A program made the translations under genes and the position numbers. The notes under the pieces were generated by a model. It made no database searches and was not told the origin of the DNA. It saw nothing but the letters and a program-made list of their open reading frames with translations. Below are positions 18,754 through 29,495 of a stretch of 64,000 nucleotides of DNA, piece by piece; the first letter of the stretch is position 1, and each line of letters starts with the position of its first letter. Source of the stretch: Opitutales bacterium (GTDB lineage: Bacteria; Verrucomicrobiota; Verrucomicrobiia; Opitutales; PNEW01); contig CBDANS010000004.1 in NCBI GenBank assembly GCA_965197745.1, positions 128,001 to 192,000 of the forward strand, read 5' to 3'.

Positions 18754-19376
18754 ATGGGCATCAGTATCGGTTTAGTCGGCCTGGGACAGTTCGGTAAAGC
18801 GTTTACTGATCTATATCGAAGTCATCCCGGGGTAGACCGTGTCGCCCTCTGCGACCGTGAACCTGAAAGGATGGATTATGTCGCTTCAAAACCGCAATGG
18901 GACAATAAATTTAATCCACGCGACAAGTACACATCGTTTGAAGATTTGCTTAAGACCGACGTCGATGCGGTCGTCATCATCACTCAACCCTGGCTTCATG
19001 CGCCTCAATGCATCCAGGCAATGGAGGCGGGTAAACATGTCTACAGTGCAGTGCCGATTATGTGCGTGCCCGACAGTGACGAAATTCTCGACTGGTGTGA
19101 ACGTATTGTTAAAACGACCCGGCGCACCGGCCAGTACTACATGCTGGGAGAGACAACGTATTTATCATGCCGATACCATGTTCTGCCGGCGCAAGGCTGC
19201 CGAAGATGCTTTTGGCCACTTCGTCTATGCTGAAGGTGAATACTTCCATGATCTCGATGAATACAATTGCAGTCTGCGCGAAGTCTTCCGTGCGCGAACA
19301 TCGAGCGCCTCGGGTAAGGAGTGGCTCGAAATTAAGCGCCGCTACCTGGAAGCCGGAATAGGGGAAGCCCATAGCA
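18754..19376 (+). pseudogene. Gfo/Idh/MocA oxidoreductase, frameshifted and truncated
   Basis: IGLVGLGQFG, HAPQCIQAMEAGKHVYSAVP; frameshift near 19160 into YAEGEYFHD; ends at a REP-like palindrome. Confidence 0.8.
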
Positions 19377-19470
19377 GGGGTCAGGCCGTGTATTTATAGA
19401 TTATTCAGTTTTCAATAACAGTGTGATATTATTTTCTAATTTGAAATCTATAAATACACAGCCTGACACT
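19377..19470. repeat. REP-doublet/MITE-like inverted repeat
   Basis: gtcaggccgtgtatttatagatt (19380-19402) and aatctataaatacacagcctgac (19445-19467), 22/23 complementary. Confidence 0.75.
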
Positions 19471-19479
19471 TTTTCATTT

Positions 19480-19933
19480 GCCCTGTTTGACCTGCTCAAT
19501 TTGCCGTGTCCGGAAAACGTGCAGGGACGGAGCTTTGCGGAATTCTTCCGCCATGAGCAAGCAGTTCCATCGCGTAATGCGGTATCTGCCATGATGCAAG
19601 CGGATGGTAAATTTGTCGAGGCACGTTGTGTCCGCACAGCACAATACAAGCTCATCCGTAATTTTTCCCCAAGCCGTGTTCCGGAAACGCCCTTTCAACT
19701 CGGTCAGGGCGCATTGCGGGAACGCCCGGTAATGGAGCTCTATGAATTTGCACACGGATCCCTATGAACTGAGCAACCTCGGGTCGGATTCTCGACTCAA
19801 ACAGGTACGCAAGGATCTCAACGAGCGACTTTTGCGTTGGCTCGAAGAGGTAAAGGACCCCATTCTCCAAGGGCCTACCCCTACCGCTTACTACAAAATG
19901 GCCATAGCTGACCTGACGACGGGCAACACCTGA
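19480..19933 (+). pseudogene. Sulfatase C-terminal fragment, frameshifted
   Basis: P.NVQGRSF, RCVRTAQYKLIRN, ELY / LHTDPYELSNL, LLRWLEEVKDP. Confidence 0.75.
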
Positions 19934-20079
19934 GGAGGGTCGTCTACGGAAGCCACGCGAACCAACGGATGCACACATCTTATATCATTCCATCACTAAA
20001 ACTTGAGCCCTGAATACCCTGAGCATAGTCAAAGAGTTTGACTCCTTTTAAAACTGATGCAAAGAAAAGAAAAAAAACG

Positions 20080-22080
20080 ATGTCAGACACAGTAGCCGGT
20101 AGAGTAGAGCAGGTCGGAGACTCCCTCTTTCACAATCGAGATGGTGAAACGATTTCCATTACACCGTGGGGTCCCGACGGCCTGCGGGTCCGTGTCACTG
20201 CAGGTGGTACCATTATCGATACTGCCTGGGCATTGACCGAAAAGGTTGCCCCCTCTGAATCAAAGATCACTATCAACGACGCCGAAGCTACTATTCGAAA
20301 CGGAAAGATCTCGGCATCGATAAGCGATATAAAAACGCAGCCCGGGTACCTGCAGTTTTTTCGCCACACAGGAGACGGTGAAAAAACCTGCATCCTCAGT
20401 GAGCATGACTATGTCGCCCCCGCGCACAACCCGGGAACGCGCATTTTCCAGCCTCGGGATGACGGCCTCTTTTACACGGAAACGCACTTTACGGCGAAGG
20501 ATGGGGAAAGGCTATACGGTATGGGGTTGAATGCCACGGGGCGGGTGAACCTGAAAGGCTGTGTCATCGACCTCTACCAGAGCCATGTGAAACATGTCGT
20601 GCCATTCCTCGTTTCCAGCGAAAGATACGGGTTCCTTTGGAACAACCCCTCGATGGGGCGGGCAGAATTTGGCAACAATATGACACGCTGGATCTCTCGC
20701 GGTTGCAGACAGGTCGACTACTACCTGACGACCGGTGATTCCTACGCCGAGATCATGGAGCACTACGCTGAGGTGACGGGTCACGCACCGGTGTTGCCTT
20801 ACTGGGCTTCTGGCTTCTGGCAGTGCAAGAACCGCTACAAAACCCAGGAGGAATTTCTGGAGGTGGCGCGGGAGTTCAAGCGGCTTGGCCTTCCCCTCTC
20901 GGTGCTGGTTATTGATTACCTTCATTGGAATTGCACCGGTGACTGGAAGCTTGATCCGGAGTTCTGGCCCGATCCAGAGGCGATGGTTAAAGAGCTCGAT
21001 GAGATGGGCGTTCGTATCATGATCTCGCCCTGGCCCGTGGTCGACAAAACGAGCGAAAATTATGAGCCTATGAAAAAGCAGGGGTTGTTTACCGGTTCCA
21101 TCGATGGCAAGAAGGACACCGTCAGATTCCGCGGAATACCGGGTGAAGATCCACAGAAGTACTCATACGACCCGACTAATCCCGAAGCTGGAAAGTATCT
21201 CTGGGATAAGTGGAAGAAAAATTACTTCGATATCGGTATAAAAACATTCTGGCTTGATTCCTGTGACGATTTACACCAGATACAAGATTACGAACAGGTG
21301 CTCTATCATATCGGACCGGGAATTGAAGCAAACTGCTACTATCCCATCGCCCACCAGAAGAACATCTACGAGGGTCTGCTTTCAGCCGGAGAAAACGAGG
21401 TCGTAACCATCTGCCGCAGTTCCTGGGCAGGTTCTCAGCGTTACGGCGCCTCGCCCGCGGCCCACGATATCATGTGTTCCTTCGAGCACCTGCATGAGTA
21501 CATGATGGCGGGGCTCAACCTGTCGATGAGTGGCATCCCTTGGGGAGCATCAGAAATTGGCGGGTTTGTCACACCCGATACTGCGAGCGACCGTTTTCAT
21601 GAGATCATGATACGTTGGTACCAATACGGCATTTTTACGCCCATTTTTCGCTCGCATGGTCATAGCCATAACAACGAGGCCTGGACCGTAGGTGGCGACT
21701 CTTACAAATACATCAGGGCCGCAATGATGTTAAGAGAGCGACTGCGCCCCTACGTGATGGATCAAATGAAGTTGGCATCAGAGCGGGGAATTCCACCCAT
21801 GCGCCCGCTCTTTTTCGACTTCGATGACGATGAGAATACGGCCGAGATAGAAGACGCGTTTCTCTTCGGACCGGATCTTCTCGTAGCCCCGATCACCAAG
21901 TATCAAGCCAGGGAGCGCGAGGTTTACTTGCCAGCCGATTGTCGGTGGGTGGATGCCTGGACAGGTGAGACTATGGCTGGTGGATCCACTGTCACCGTCG
22001 ATGCTCCACTTGAACGCATCCCGGTTTTTTCACCTAACGAAAAACTGTTGAGCTTGTTCCAGGGTTTGTATGACCTGTAA
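20080..22080 (+). CDS. Glycoside hydrolase family 31 (alpha-xylosidase/glucosidase-like)
   Basis: GFWQCKNRY, VIDYLHW, KTFWLD, RWYQYGIFTPIFRSHG, PPMRPLFFDF, LLVAP. Confidence 0.9.
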   Translation: MSDTVAGRVEQVGDSLFHNRDGETISITPWGPDGLRVRVTAGGTIIDTAWALTEKVAPSESKITINDAEATIRNGKISASISDIKTQPGYLQFFRHTGDGEKTCILSEHDYVAPAHNPGTRIFQPRDDGLFYTETHFTAKDGERLYGMGLNATGRVNLKGCVIDLYQSHVKHVVPFLVSSERYGFLWNNPSMGRAEFGNNMTRWISRGCRQVDYYLTTGDSYAEIMEHYAEVTGHAPVLPYWASGFWQCKNRYKTQEEFLEVAREFKRLGLPLSVLVIDYLHWNCTGDWKLDPEFWPDPEAMVKELDEMGVRIMISPWPVVDKTSENYEPMKKQGLFTGSIDGKKDTVRFRGIPGEDPQKYSYDPTNPEAGKYLWDKWKKNYFDIGIKTFWLDSCDDLHQIQDYEQVLYHIGPGIEANCYYPIAHQKNIYEGLLSAGENEVVTICRSSWAGSQRYGASPAAHDIMCSFEHLHEYMMAGLNLSMSGIPWGASEIGGFVTPDTASDRFHEIMIRWYQYGIFTPIFRSHGHSHNNEAWTVGGDSYKYIRAAMMLRERLRPYVMDQMKLASERGIPPMRPLFFDFDDDENTAEIEDAFLFGPDLLVAPITKYQAREREVYLPADCRWVDAWTGETMAGGSTVTVDAPLERIPVFSPNEKLLSLFQGLYDL

Positions 22081-22193
22081 TCCGAATCACCACGTCATGT
22101 CTATTTTATGCAGGTTAAAGCAAGTTATAAAATTCACGGTTCACGTTTAAAACGATCTCGGATCTTTAATATTTTAATCGAGGAAAACCTATT

Positions 22194-23072
22194 ATGCAGA
22201 TAACTCATCCCTACGAAAACTTAAATGACGGTTCCTGGCTTCGAGGAAATTTGCACACGCATACAACGAACAGTGACGGCAGATGCGATATGCAGGAGGT
22301 AATTAATACCTATTCTGACCACGGGTACCAGTTTCTCTCAATTACCGATCATGACATATTCACCGACTATCCAACCTATGAAAAAATCGACAATAAGGGC
22401 CTCGTGCTCATACCGGGAAATGAAATTACGAGGAATGGTCAGCATTTAGTTCACGTAAATGGTGACCGCCTGATTGAACCCAATGCCGACCGACAACGCG
22501 TGATCGACGATGTAAATTCCACTCAGGGTTTTATCGTCGTTGCCCATCCAAACCTGGATTATAATTTTAATTTTTGTCCACTTGAACTATTGCAGCAATG
22601 GACGGATTATGTGGGTATGGAAATTTTTAACGCGGTGGCGGGGATGTGCACTGGCAGCCCTTACGCAACAAACAAATGGGATATGCTCCTGTCTGAAGGA
22701 CGTCGCCTATGGGGTTTTGCCCATGATGATGCTCATTTCATGCCGGGAAATGTTGATGTCGGAGTTGGATGGAATGTTGTTTATGCTGATTCATCTAGCC
22801 CTGAAAACATTATAGAGTCTTTACGAAATGGACGCTTTTATTGTTCTACCGGTGTTGTCATTAAAACCATTCAAGTGGAAGGACCCGAAGTTTTCATAGA
22901 ATGTGAAAATGCGAGCAGAATCGTAGGAATAACCCTAAATGGGCAACGCATTGCCTGGAGTGACAGCGGTTCGATTAAAGTGGATGTATCCGATTTGACT
23001 CGTTATCTGCGTTTTGAGTGTTGGGGTGATGGAGAAAGAAACGCCTGGACCCAACCCTTTTTCCTTAAATGA
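22194..23072 (+). CDS. PHP-domain metallohydrolase (CehA/McbA-like)
   Basis: GNLHTHTTNSDG, ITDHD, GNE, VAHP, DDAH. Confidence 0.85.
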   Translation: MQITHPYENLNDGSWLRGNLHTHTTNSDGRCDMQEVINTYSDHGYQFLSITDHDIFTDYPTYEKIDNKGLVLIPGNEITRNGQHLVHVNGDRLIEPNADRQRVIDDVNSTQGFIVVAHPNLDYNFNFCPLELLQQWTDYVGMEIFNAVAGMCTGSPYATNKWDMLLSEGRRLWGFAHDDAHFMPGNVDVGVGWNVVYADSSSPENIIESLRNGRFYCSTGVVIKTIQVEGPEVFIECENASRIVGITLNGQRIAWSDSGSIKVDVSDLTRYLRFECWGDGERNAWTQPFFLK

Positions 23073-23389
23073 TCAAAGTCCCGGCATTTATTTAGCGCAA
23101 AGATTATAAGATCCATTGAATGGTCGTTAAATAAGGGTATCTGTAATGTTTAAAGTGACTCAGGACAGGGTGCTTCCTACCACTACGACCGGTTCATATC
23201 CCAAACCGAACTGGTTTAACCAGTATTAAGTAATCCAAGGTTGCCACCTCGATCGATTATCGACAACAGCCCTCAACTTTAATTTAATAATGATTAGATT
23301 AAATAACTAACCAAACCGGTAAAGGATAATGCGCCAAAAGTGCAAATTCCTCTACACATCTTTGGAGTCACTCTAATCGGTATAACAAT

Positions 23390-25651
23390 ATGAAAAGAAA
23401 ACATATAAAAATATTTACGATTCTTATTCTCTTGCTCTGTTTACCGGCCAGTCTCTATGCCCTTCCTCAAGACCAGGAAGTATTTCTCGATTTTGAAGAT
23501 GCCGAAGGATCGGGTGATTTTACCCTTGGTGAACCACCGAATACCATCCAGTTTGTCGGCTTCACGGTAGAGACTTTAGAAGATCCCGCGCTATTACACT
23601 CAGGAACGAAAGCTATAACCCTTGGGCCCGGTCAGGAAGGGAAAATTATAAGCTTTCGCGGGATTAATACCTTGGAATTTTACGCGGCCGAATCAACGGG
23701 GGGCGGCAAAATCGAGATTAGAGGAGATAAAAACAGCGAGGGAGGACTTGCTGGTGGATTTCCTGAAGTTATAACCGTGATAGGAGATAATGGCGAAGTT
23801 GTTGGACTGCCGGCTAACATCAGCCCGGGAGCCAACCCTGTCTTGCAAAGCTTTCTCGCTGACAGCGGCAATTTTCTTGATGCTACGGACCTGGAATTCC
23901 TTGAAGGTATAAAAGAAGTAAGGATTCTCAATGTTACAGGAAAATTTTCCATTGATGATCTTGGCTACACGCCCACGGATAAACCTGTCAATAATACGGT
24001 CTATACCCGTTTTGAGTCGAGTGAAGGATTTGGGGTAGGTGATGGTGCACTGGAACCTATTACTATTGGGACTTCTCCTTATACCGCTACTTTTACCAGT
24101 ACTGGTGGTGTTGGAGGTAGAATTAGAGCTAGTGGCGGCGGCTTCGCAGTTCATTCTGGTAACCAATCTTTGATTGTCCAGACGTCAGGAGGGGAATTCA
24201 CCATCACTTTTGAAACGCCTGCTTATGAGGTGGATTTTTATGCAAATTGTGAACCTATATTGGGGCAGACAGGAGAAATCGATTGCACGATTGAAGTCTT
24301 CGATACTAATGATAACCTGCTCGTAACCGAAACAAATTTGGAGACGTCTGTTGAAGCGACATTTAAACCCTTTTTTTTTACCTTTAATGCAAATGAATTG
24401 GGAGCACCGGGAGGCATTGGGAAGATTGTTTATAGTGATGAAGAAGATGTTAACGCTGGTGTATTTACCCGTAATGGTATCGACGATTTCGGATTCACCC
24501 CGATCGGTGCCCCGGGAAGCGGAACGGGCGGACCGCCTCCTACGCAAGGCCCCACCATCACCACCCAGCCCGCGAGCCAGGAGGTACAGTCAGGTACAGC
24601 TGTCGTTCTATCGGTAGTGGCAAGCGGTGACGATCTCACCTACCAGTGGTATACCGGCAACAGCGGTGACACCGCAAGTCCCGTCGCCGGCGCTACCAGC
24701 GGCACGTTAGACACGGGCGCTCTCACCGCGAACACCAGCTTCTGGGTACAGATTACTAACGCCGGGGGTACCGCGAATAGTGAAACCGCGGTTGTCACCG
24801 TAGCGGCACCTTCCCTACCCCTCGTTCTTGAAGGCACGGGTGATATTGCCGGTGAAAACATTCAGCATGCCAACGGGAATGTCTTCGACCAGATTTTACT
24901 CACCGGAGAGTCCGTCCAACTCCAAGCCAAACCGGGACAGATCACCCGCGTCTCTTTCATGGACGAAAACGAGGACATTGTGCAGGTAGAGTTCTCCGGC
25001 AACGGTACCTTTACCGTATCCCTCGACCCGGCCACCTTCCTGCCGCCAGCCGTCCCCCCACGCTACAACCAGGCCGTTGAGTATGTGACGGGCAAGCCGA
25101 GCGTGGTCATCGATGGAGCGGACGCCAATACCTTCTTCAGCATTTTCACGGTGGGCAGGATCAACGCCTTTAACCAGGCACTGTTTCCCGAAGGACAGGT
25201 CTATGACGCCCAGGCCGACGTGGCCCTCGTGGAAGTAGTCAACTCCACGGGACTGGGAGGGGTACAGTTATCGAACACCGTGTTCAGTGGTAGCACCGGC
25301 AAGGTCGGCTTCGATGCGCGTGGAGTACCGATCGCGGTACGCTTAACAGTAGGTGACATCGATGCCAGTGGCGATGCAGTACCGCACCTCTTGTTCGGTG
25401 AAGGATCGTTCACAGTAGCAGCGGGCAACCCTGGTTTACGCATCACCGGTGGAGACCTAGAACAGACAAACGGTGCTTCGATCGTAGTGGCAGAGAGCGG
25501 ATCGACAACAACCGGGTTTGAGACCCTGATCTCTCAGAACAACTTCAAGTCCGACAACACCCCGCAACCAACTCAGAGTGTCGGTGCGACCTTCGCTAAC
25601 GAGGATGGGGATGAGATAACAGTGACAACCGAAGAAGTGACGATCGAATAA
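23390..25651 (+). CDS. Large secreted/surface protein: two tandem beta-rich repeats, Ig-like domain, conserved C-terminal domain
   Basis: Signal peptide; repeats ending IDDLGYTP / IDDFGFTP; PTITTQP..YQWY Ig module; C-terminal domain also present as pseudogene at 28710. Confidence 0.8.
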   Translation: MKRKHIKIFTILILLLCLPASLYALPQDQEVFLDFEDAEGSGDFTLGEPPNTIQFVGFTVETLEDPALLHSGTKAITLGPGQEGKIISFRGINTLEFYAAESTGGGKIEIRGDKNSEGGLAGGFPEVITVIGDNGEVVGLPANISPGANPVLQSFLADSGNFLDATDLEFLEGIKEVRILNVTGKFSIDDLGYTPTDKPVNNTVYTRFESSEGFGVGDGALEPITIGTSPYTATFTSTGGVGGRIRASGGGFAVHSGNQSLIVQTSGGEFTITFETPAYEVDFYANCEPILGQTGEIDCTIEVFDTNDNLLVTETNLETSVEATFKPFFFTFNANELGAPGGIGKIVYSDEEDVNAGVFTRNGIDDFGFTPIGAPGSGTGGPPPTQGPTITTQPASQEVQSGTAVVLSVVASGDDLTYQWYTGNSGDTASPVAGATSGTLDTGALTANTSFWVQITNAGGTANSETAVVTVAAPSLPLVLEGTGDIAGENIQHANGNVFDQILLTGESVQLQAKPGQITRVSFMDENEDIVQVEFSGNGTFTVSLDPATFLPPAVPPRYNQAVEYVTGKPSVVIDGADANTFFSIFTVGRINAFNQALFPEGQVYDAQADVALVEVVNSTGLGGVQLSNTVFSGSTGKVGFDARGVPIAVRLTVGDIDASGDAVPHLLFGEGSFTVAAGNPGLRITGGDLEQTNGASIVVAESGSTTTGFETLISQNNFKSDNTPQPTQSVGATFANEDGDEITVTTEEVTIE

Positions 25652-25685
25652 TCCATTAAGGTTTATCGTATTCCCTCGCGGAAAA

Positions 25686-25776
25686 ATCACCTCCGCCGCA
25701 TACGGGCTAATCGATTTTCGATTGTGAAGGATGTGTATTTTTATACCCCCCCCGCCACCTAAATTATCAGGGGAAA
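25686..25776. repeat. ~90-bp dispersed non-coding repeat, copy B
   Basis: Alignable to 16511-16600. Confidence 0.75.
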
Positions 25777-25884
25777 AGTAATTAATATTAGTCTGCGTTA
25801 TCCTTGGATATCGGCGAATCTATTGTAACTATCATTGTAACTTTGACTAAATCCTTAATCTATTAATTACATAAACATTGAAAA

Positions 25885-25943
25885 GTGACATGAGGTTTGG
25901 TAACCGGTGACAGAGGTTTGGTAACTTTTGTAAAAAAAGTTAC
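25885..25943. repeat. Iteron-like direct repeats plus inverted repeat
   Basis: GTGACA(T)GAGGTTTGGTAAC x2 (25885, 25907); GGTAACTTTT/AAAAGTTACC palindrome. Confidence 0.6.
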
Positions 25944-26018
25944 CCTTACCGAGCCCCATTATCGTCATTTCAGGGGAGTGTTTTACAGCTCTTGAAGGGG
26001 CCGTTTTCGACCGTTTCT

Positions 26019-26342
26019 GGCTTTGTTGAAAAGCTCTGGTACAAATGAGAAAAAGAGTTAAATGGGGCAAGCATGAGCGAAGGAGGGCTTGTGCCATTGG
26101 TAAAAGTAGCAGTAGAGGTAGGTGAAGAGGTGATCGCACCCGACAGGCATAAATTTTCGCCGCAGCGCTGCACCCAGCCACAGTTGTCGGCCGTCTTGTG
26201 TTTGATGCGCTACGAGGATTGGACGTTGCGCGCGTCGGAGAGGCGGTTGAACGCACACAGTGAGTTGTCCCAGCCGTTGCGAGTGAAGCAGACGCCGGAT
26301 CACACCACGGGGTATCGCTTTTTTGAACGGGTTGAAGAGGCG
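26019..26342 (+). mobile_element. IS5-family remnant (left end plus transposase N-terminus), truncated by IS3 copy 3
   Basis: GGCTTTGTTGAAAA IS903-like terminus; ORF 26073 with TQPQL..L.L and TPDHTT motifs. Confidence 0.65.
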
Positions 26343-27660
26343 TGATCGGGTTACGTAAACTGGTCCACCGAGAGAGTTAGTCTGGAGAGGTTAATGTTGA
26401 AGTTAAGTTGGTAGAGGAAGTCAAGGCTTGGGCGCAATGAGGGCGTAGCCCGAATGGAGCCCAAGCCTTCGGTATTAATGTCTTCAGCGAAGCACCGTGG
26501 GGTGATATTGCCGAGGCTGCGGTGGGGTCGGACATTATTGTAAAGCCAGCGCCAGTCCTCGATCACCACGCGGGCTTCGGTCAAAGTCCATAGCTGTTCA
26601 CGGTTTAAACACTCCTCGCGAAAACGGGCATGCAACGATTCGATGTATCCGTTCTGCCAAGGGCTTCCTGGTTCGATATAGAGGGTTTTGATTTTCATCG
26701 CAGTTAGCCAGGCTCTCAATTCCTTTTCAATGAATGGCTTCGCATGTCGTCGCTTCGCTCCTCGGAACGGAACCGTTGTCACTGCGAATATATTGTGGCG
26801 GCCCATGACGGGCAAGCAGTTTTTGCATGATACCGCGCACCGTTTCCGCATTGATATGGCGATCAACATGGATCACTCGACACTCGCGGGTGTACTCATC
26901 GAGCACGGTCAACATTTTTAAACTGCCACCGCGGACCGTCTTATCGTGGATAAAATCCCAGGTCCAAACATGGCCGGGATGTTCGGCCTTGGTCGGCAGC
27001 CCGGTGGAAACACCCCTGCCCCGACGTCTTGGCTTGCGTTGGGGGATCGCCAAGCCCAGTTCGCGTCGTAGACCTTGCACGAGACGTTTACCCACCTCCC
27101 AGCCTTCGTCTTTCAACAGCTTCGTGATCTTCGGATAGCCCCACCTGGCATATTGCCGTGATAACCGCCTTACTGCCGCCTTCAGTTTCATTAACCAAGC
27201 ATCCGGATGCTTCGCCTTATACGCATAGGTGGAACGGTGCAGCCGAAAGTACCGGCACCCCGCTCGCATCGAACACTGGCCCCGAGCCACAAGTCTCTCT
27301 GCCACTTGCCGCTTGTGCCCAGGGCTTACAGTTTTTTTTCGAGGGTCTCCTGCAGGATCTCTATCCCCAGCATCTTGTCCGCCAGCATCCGTTTTAACCG
27401 CGCGTTCTCCTTCAAAGAGTTCCTTCATCCGCTTGGCCTGGTCGACATCAATCATCCCAAACTCACGCTTCCAGCGGTGGAAAGTCTGTTCGCTAATGTT
27501 GTTCTCGCGGCATGCTTCCAGGATCGTTTTCCCTTTGTCCGCCTGCCGCAGCATCCGTATTTTCTCTTCAGTTGTGTATCTTTTGCCTTTCATTGTCTGA
27601 GTCCTTTCTAGGTTACCCAGACTAACTTTTCAAGTGTACCAGTTTTCGTGGTCACGACCA
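26343..27660 (-). mobile_element. IS3-family insertion sequence, copy 3 (inverted, apparently identical to copy 2)
   Basis: 1318 bp, identical ORF translations, same 31-nt insertion at 26735-26768. Confidence 0.92.
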
Positions 27661-27759
27661 GTTCCTTTCCAGGGTGTAGGCCAGATTCAGTCGAGATCCC
27701 AGGTTGATGCCCTCGCCGTCGTCTCGAAAACACGCTGCAGCTTACGCGGTATTGCCGAA

Positions 27760-28260
27760 GCTCACTGGACGACGTGAAAGCTTTGCTGGAACTGCAACAA
27801 GAAGGGGAAGAGGTCCATGCGAAGCTGCAGGAGGAAGTCGAGGCACTGGAAAGGATTCTCTCTCGCATGGAAACCCGGACCCTCCTTTCGGGACCTCACG
27901 ATGAAACAACGCCATTGTGACCATTCATCCCGGTGCTGGAGGAACTGAAAGTCAAGATTGGGCCTCCATGCTGATGCGCATGTATCTCCGGTGGGCAGAA
28001 AGAAAGGGTTATCAGACTGAAGTTACCGATTTTCAGGCTGAGGATGAGGCAGGCATCAAATCGGTCACTTTCCTGGTAGAGAATGAATTTGCCTATGGGT
28101 ATCTCTTAGCCGAGATCGGGTGCACCGATTGGTTCGCATCTCTCCCTCTGACGCCGGTTCACGAAATCACACCTCTTTCGCTTCCGTCTTCGTAACATGG
28201 GAAGTCGACGACTCGGTGGATATTGATGTGGAGGGAAAGGATCTCCGGATCGAAAACCCC
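27760..28260 (+). pseudogene. prfB: Peptide chain release factor 2 internal fragment with frameshifts
   Basis: LLSGPHD / [27 protein letters not shown] / AGIKSVT / HRLVRISP / HTSFASVFV / KDLRI; ends before the GGQ motif. Confidence 0.85.
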
Positions 28261-28709
28261 TTTGACTGAACAACCTGTTGATCCATTCGATGGCCGGTGC
28301 GAGCGCCCAAGGAGAGAACCGCGTTCAATCTCCTGTCAAGCGGGGCCTCATCTCCCATTCGGCTATAAAAGAGATTAAGACAACGGGCGAAATCCGCCGG
28401 AAACAGCCACTCCCTCGACCTACGGCAGAGCGCGCCTCCCCTCGACTCTACTGCTCATCGTGGCCCCTCATACATGTGTGTTTCATGGTATGTTGCCACG
28501 TTAAGGATTCGCACTAATGAGCAGTGGCAATTTTAGGGAATAATTCGTTTTAATTGCTCCTACACTAGAGGTGGTTTTTGCTATTACCAAATAGATGATG
28601 ACGCAGGTTAATTTATAGACAACATTACTGTTAGCGACGCCACTGAACTTATCGATTCAACAACAATCGATCTTGGCATATCTTCTTCAATGTACCTCAT
28701 GCATCAGGT

Positions 28710-29495
28710 ATGTTTGCACTACAAGTCAGAGGAATCGGATGGGAAACTTTTCCATTAGAATTCGGACCCACTCATATCGTGCAAGTGATCGAAGTTGAAG
28801 CTAATAATGAACTTATCGTAGGTGGTTCGGGTGATTTAGTCGGGGAGAACATTCAGCATCCCAATAGAAACGTCTTTGACCAGATCCTGCTCACTGGACC
28901 ATCCATCAAGCTCAAGGCGAAGCCAGGTCAGATCATGAGAGTGTCGTTTATGGATGAAGACGAGGATATTGTCTAGGTGGAGTTCCCAGGCAAAGGCACT
29001 TTTACTGTAACTTTAGATCCAGCGACTTACGTATCTCCGAGGTTACCCCCGCACTATAACCAGCAGGTTGGGTATGTAACAGGTAAACCCAGAGTGGTCA
29101 TTGACGGTGCAGACTCCAGCACTTTCTTCAGTATCTTCACGTTGGGAAGGATCAACGCGGTGAACCAGGCATTATTTCCTGAAGGTCAGGCTTATGATGC
29201 TGAAGCCGATGTTATCCTCGTGGAAGTGATCGACTCCACCCGGAATAGGGGGGGATGCAACTTTCAAATACGGTCTTCAGCGGAAGCTCAGGAAAGGTAG
29301 GTTTGGATGCGCGAGGAGTTCCGATCGCTGTGTGCTTAACGATAGAAGACATTGACGCCAGCGAAATGCGCATCCGCATTTATTATTTGGTACGGGTTCC
29401 TTCACTGTGCTTGTAGGCAATCCAGGGTTGCGCATCACCGGAGGAGACTTGAAGCAAACAAACAGGGCATCAATTGTAGTCGCGGAGTGCGGATC
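28710..29495 (+). pseudogene. Degraded paralog of the C-terminal domain of the 23390-25651 protein
   Basis: GENIQHPNRNVFDQILLTG, VSFMDEDEDIV*, GKPRVVIDGAD, NQALFPEGQ; in-frame stop and frameshifts; joined to an IS remnant. Confidence 0.8.

Noticed and set aside
18590..22150. Short ttcacgg/ttcaacg heptamer runs at ~18594 and ~22133
   Set aside because: Only two to three degenerate units each; common intergenic low-complexity repeats
10307..27665. Composite transposon with target-site duplication
   Set aside because: Outer flanks gacta and gttcc do not match; there is no evidence the unit moved as one piece
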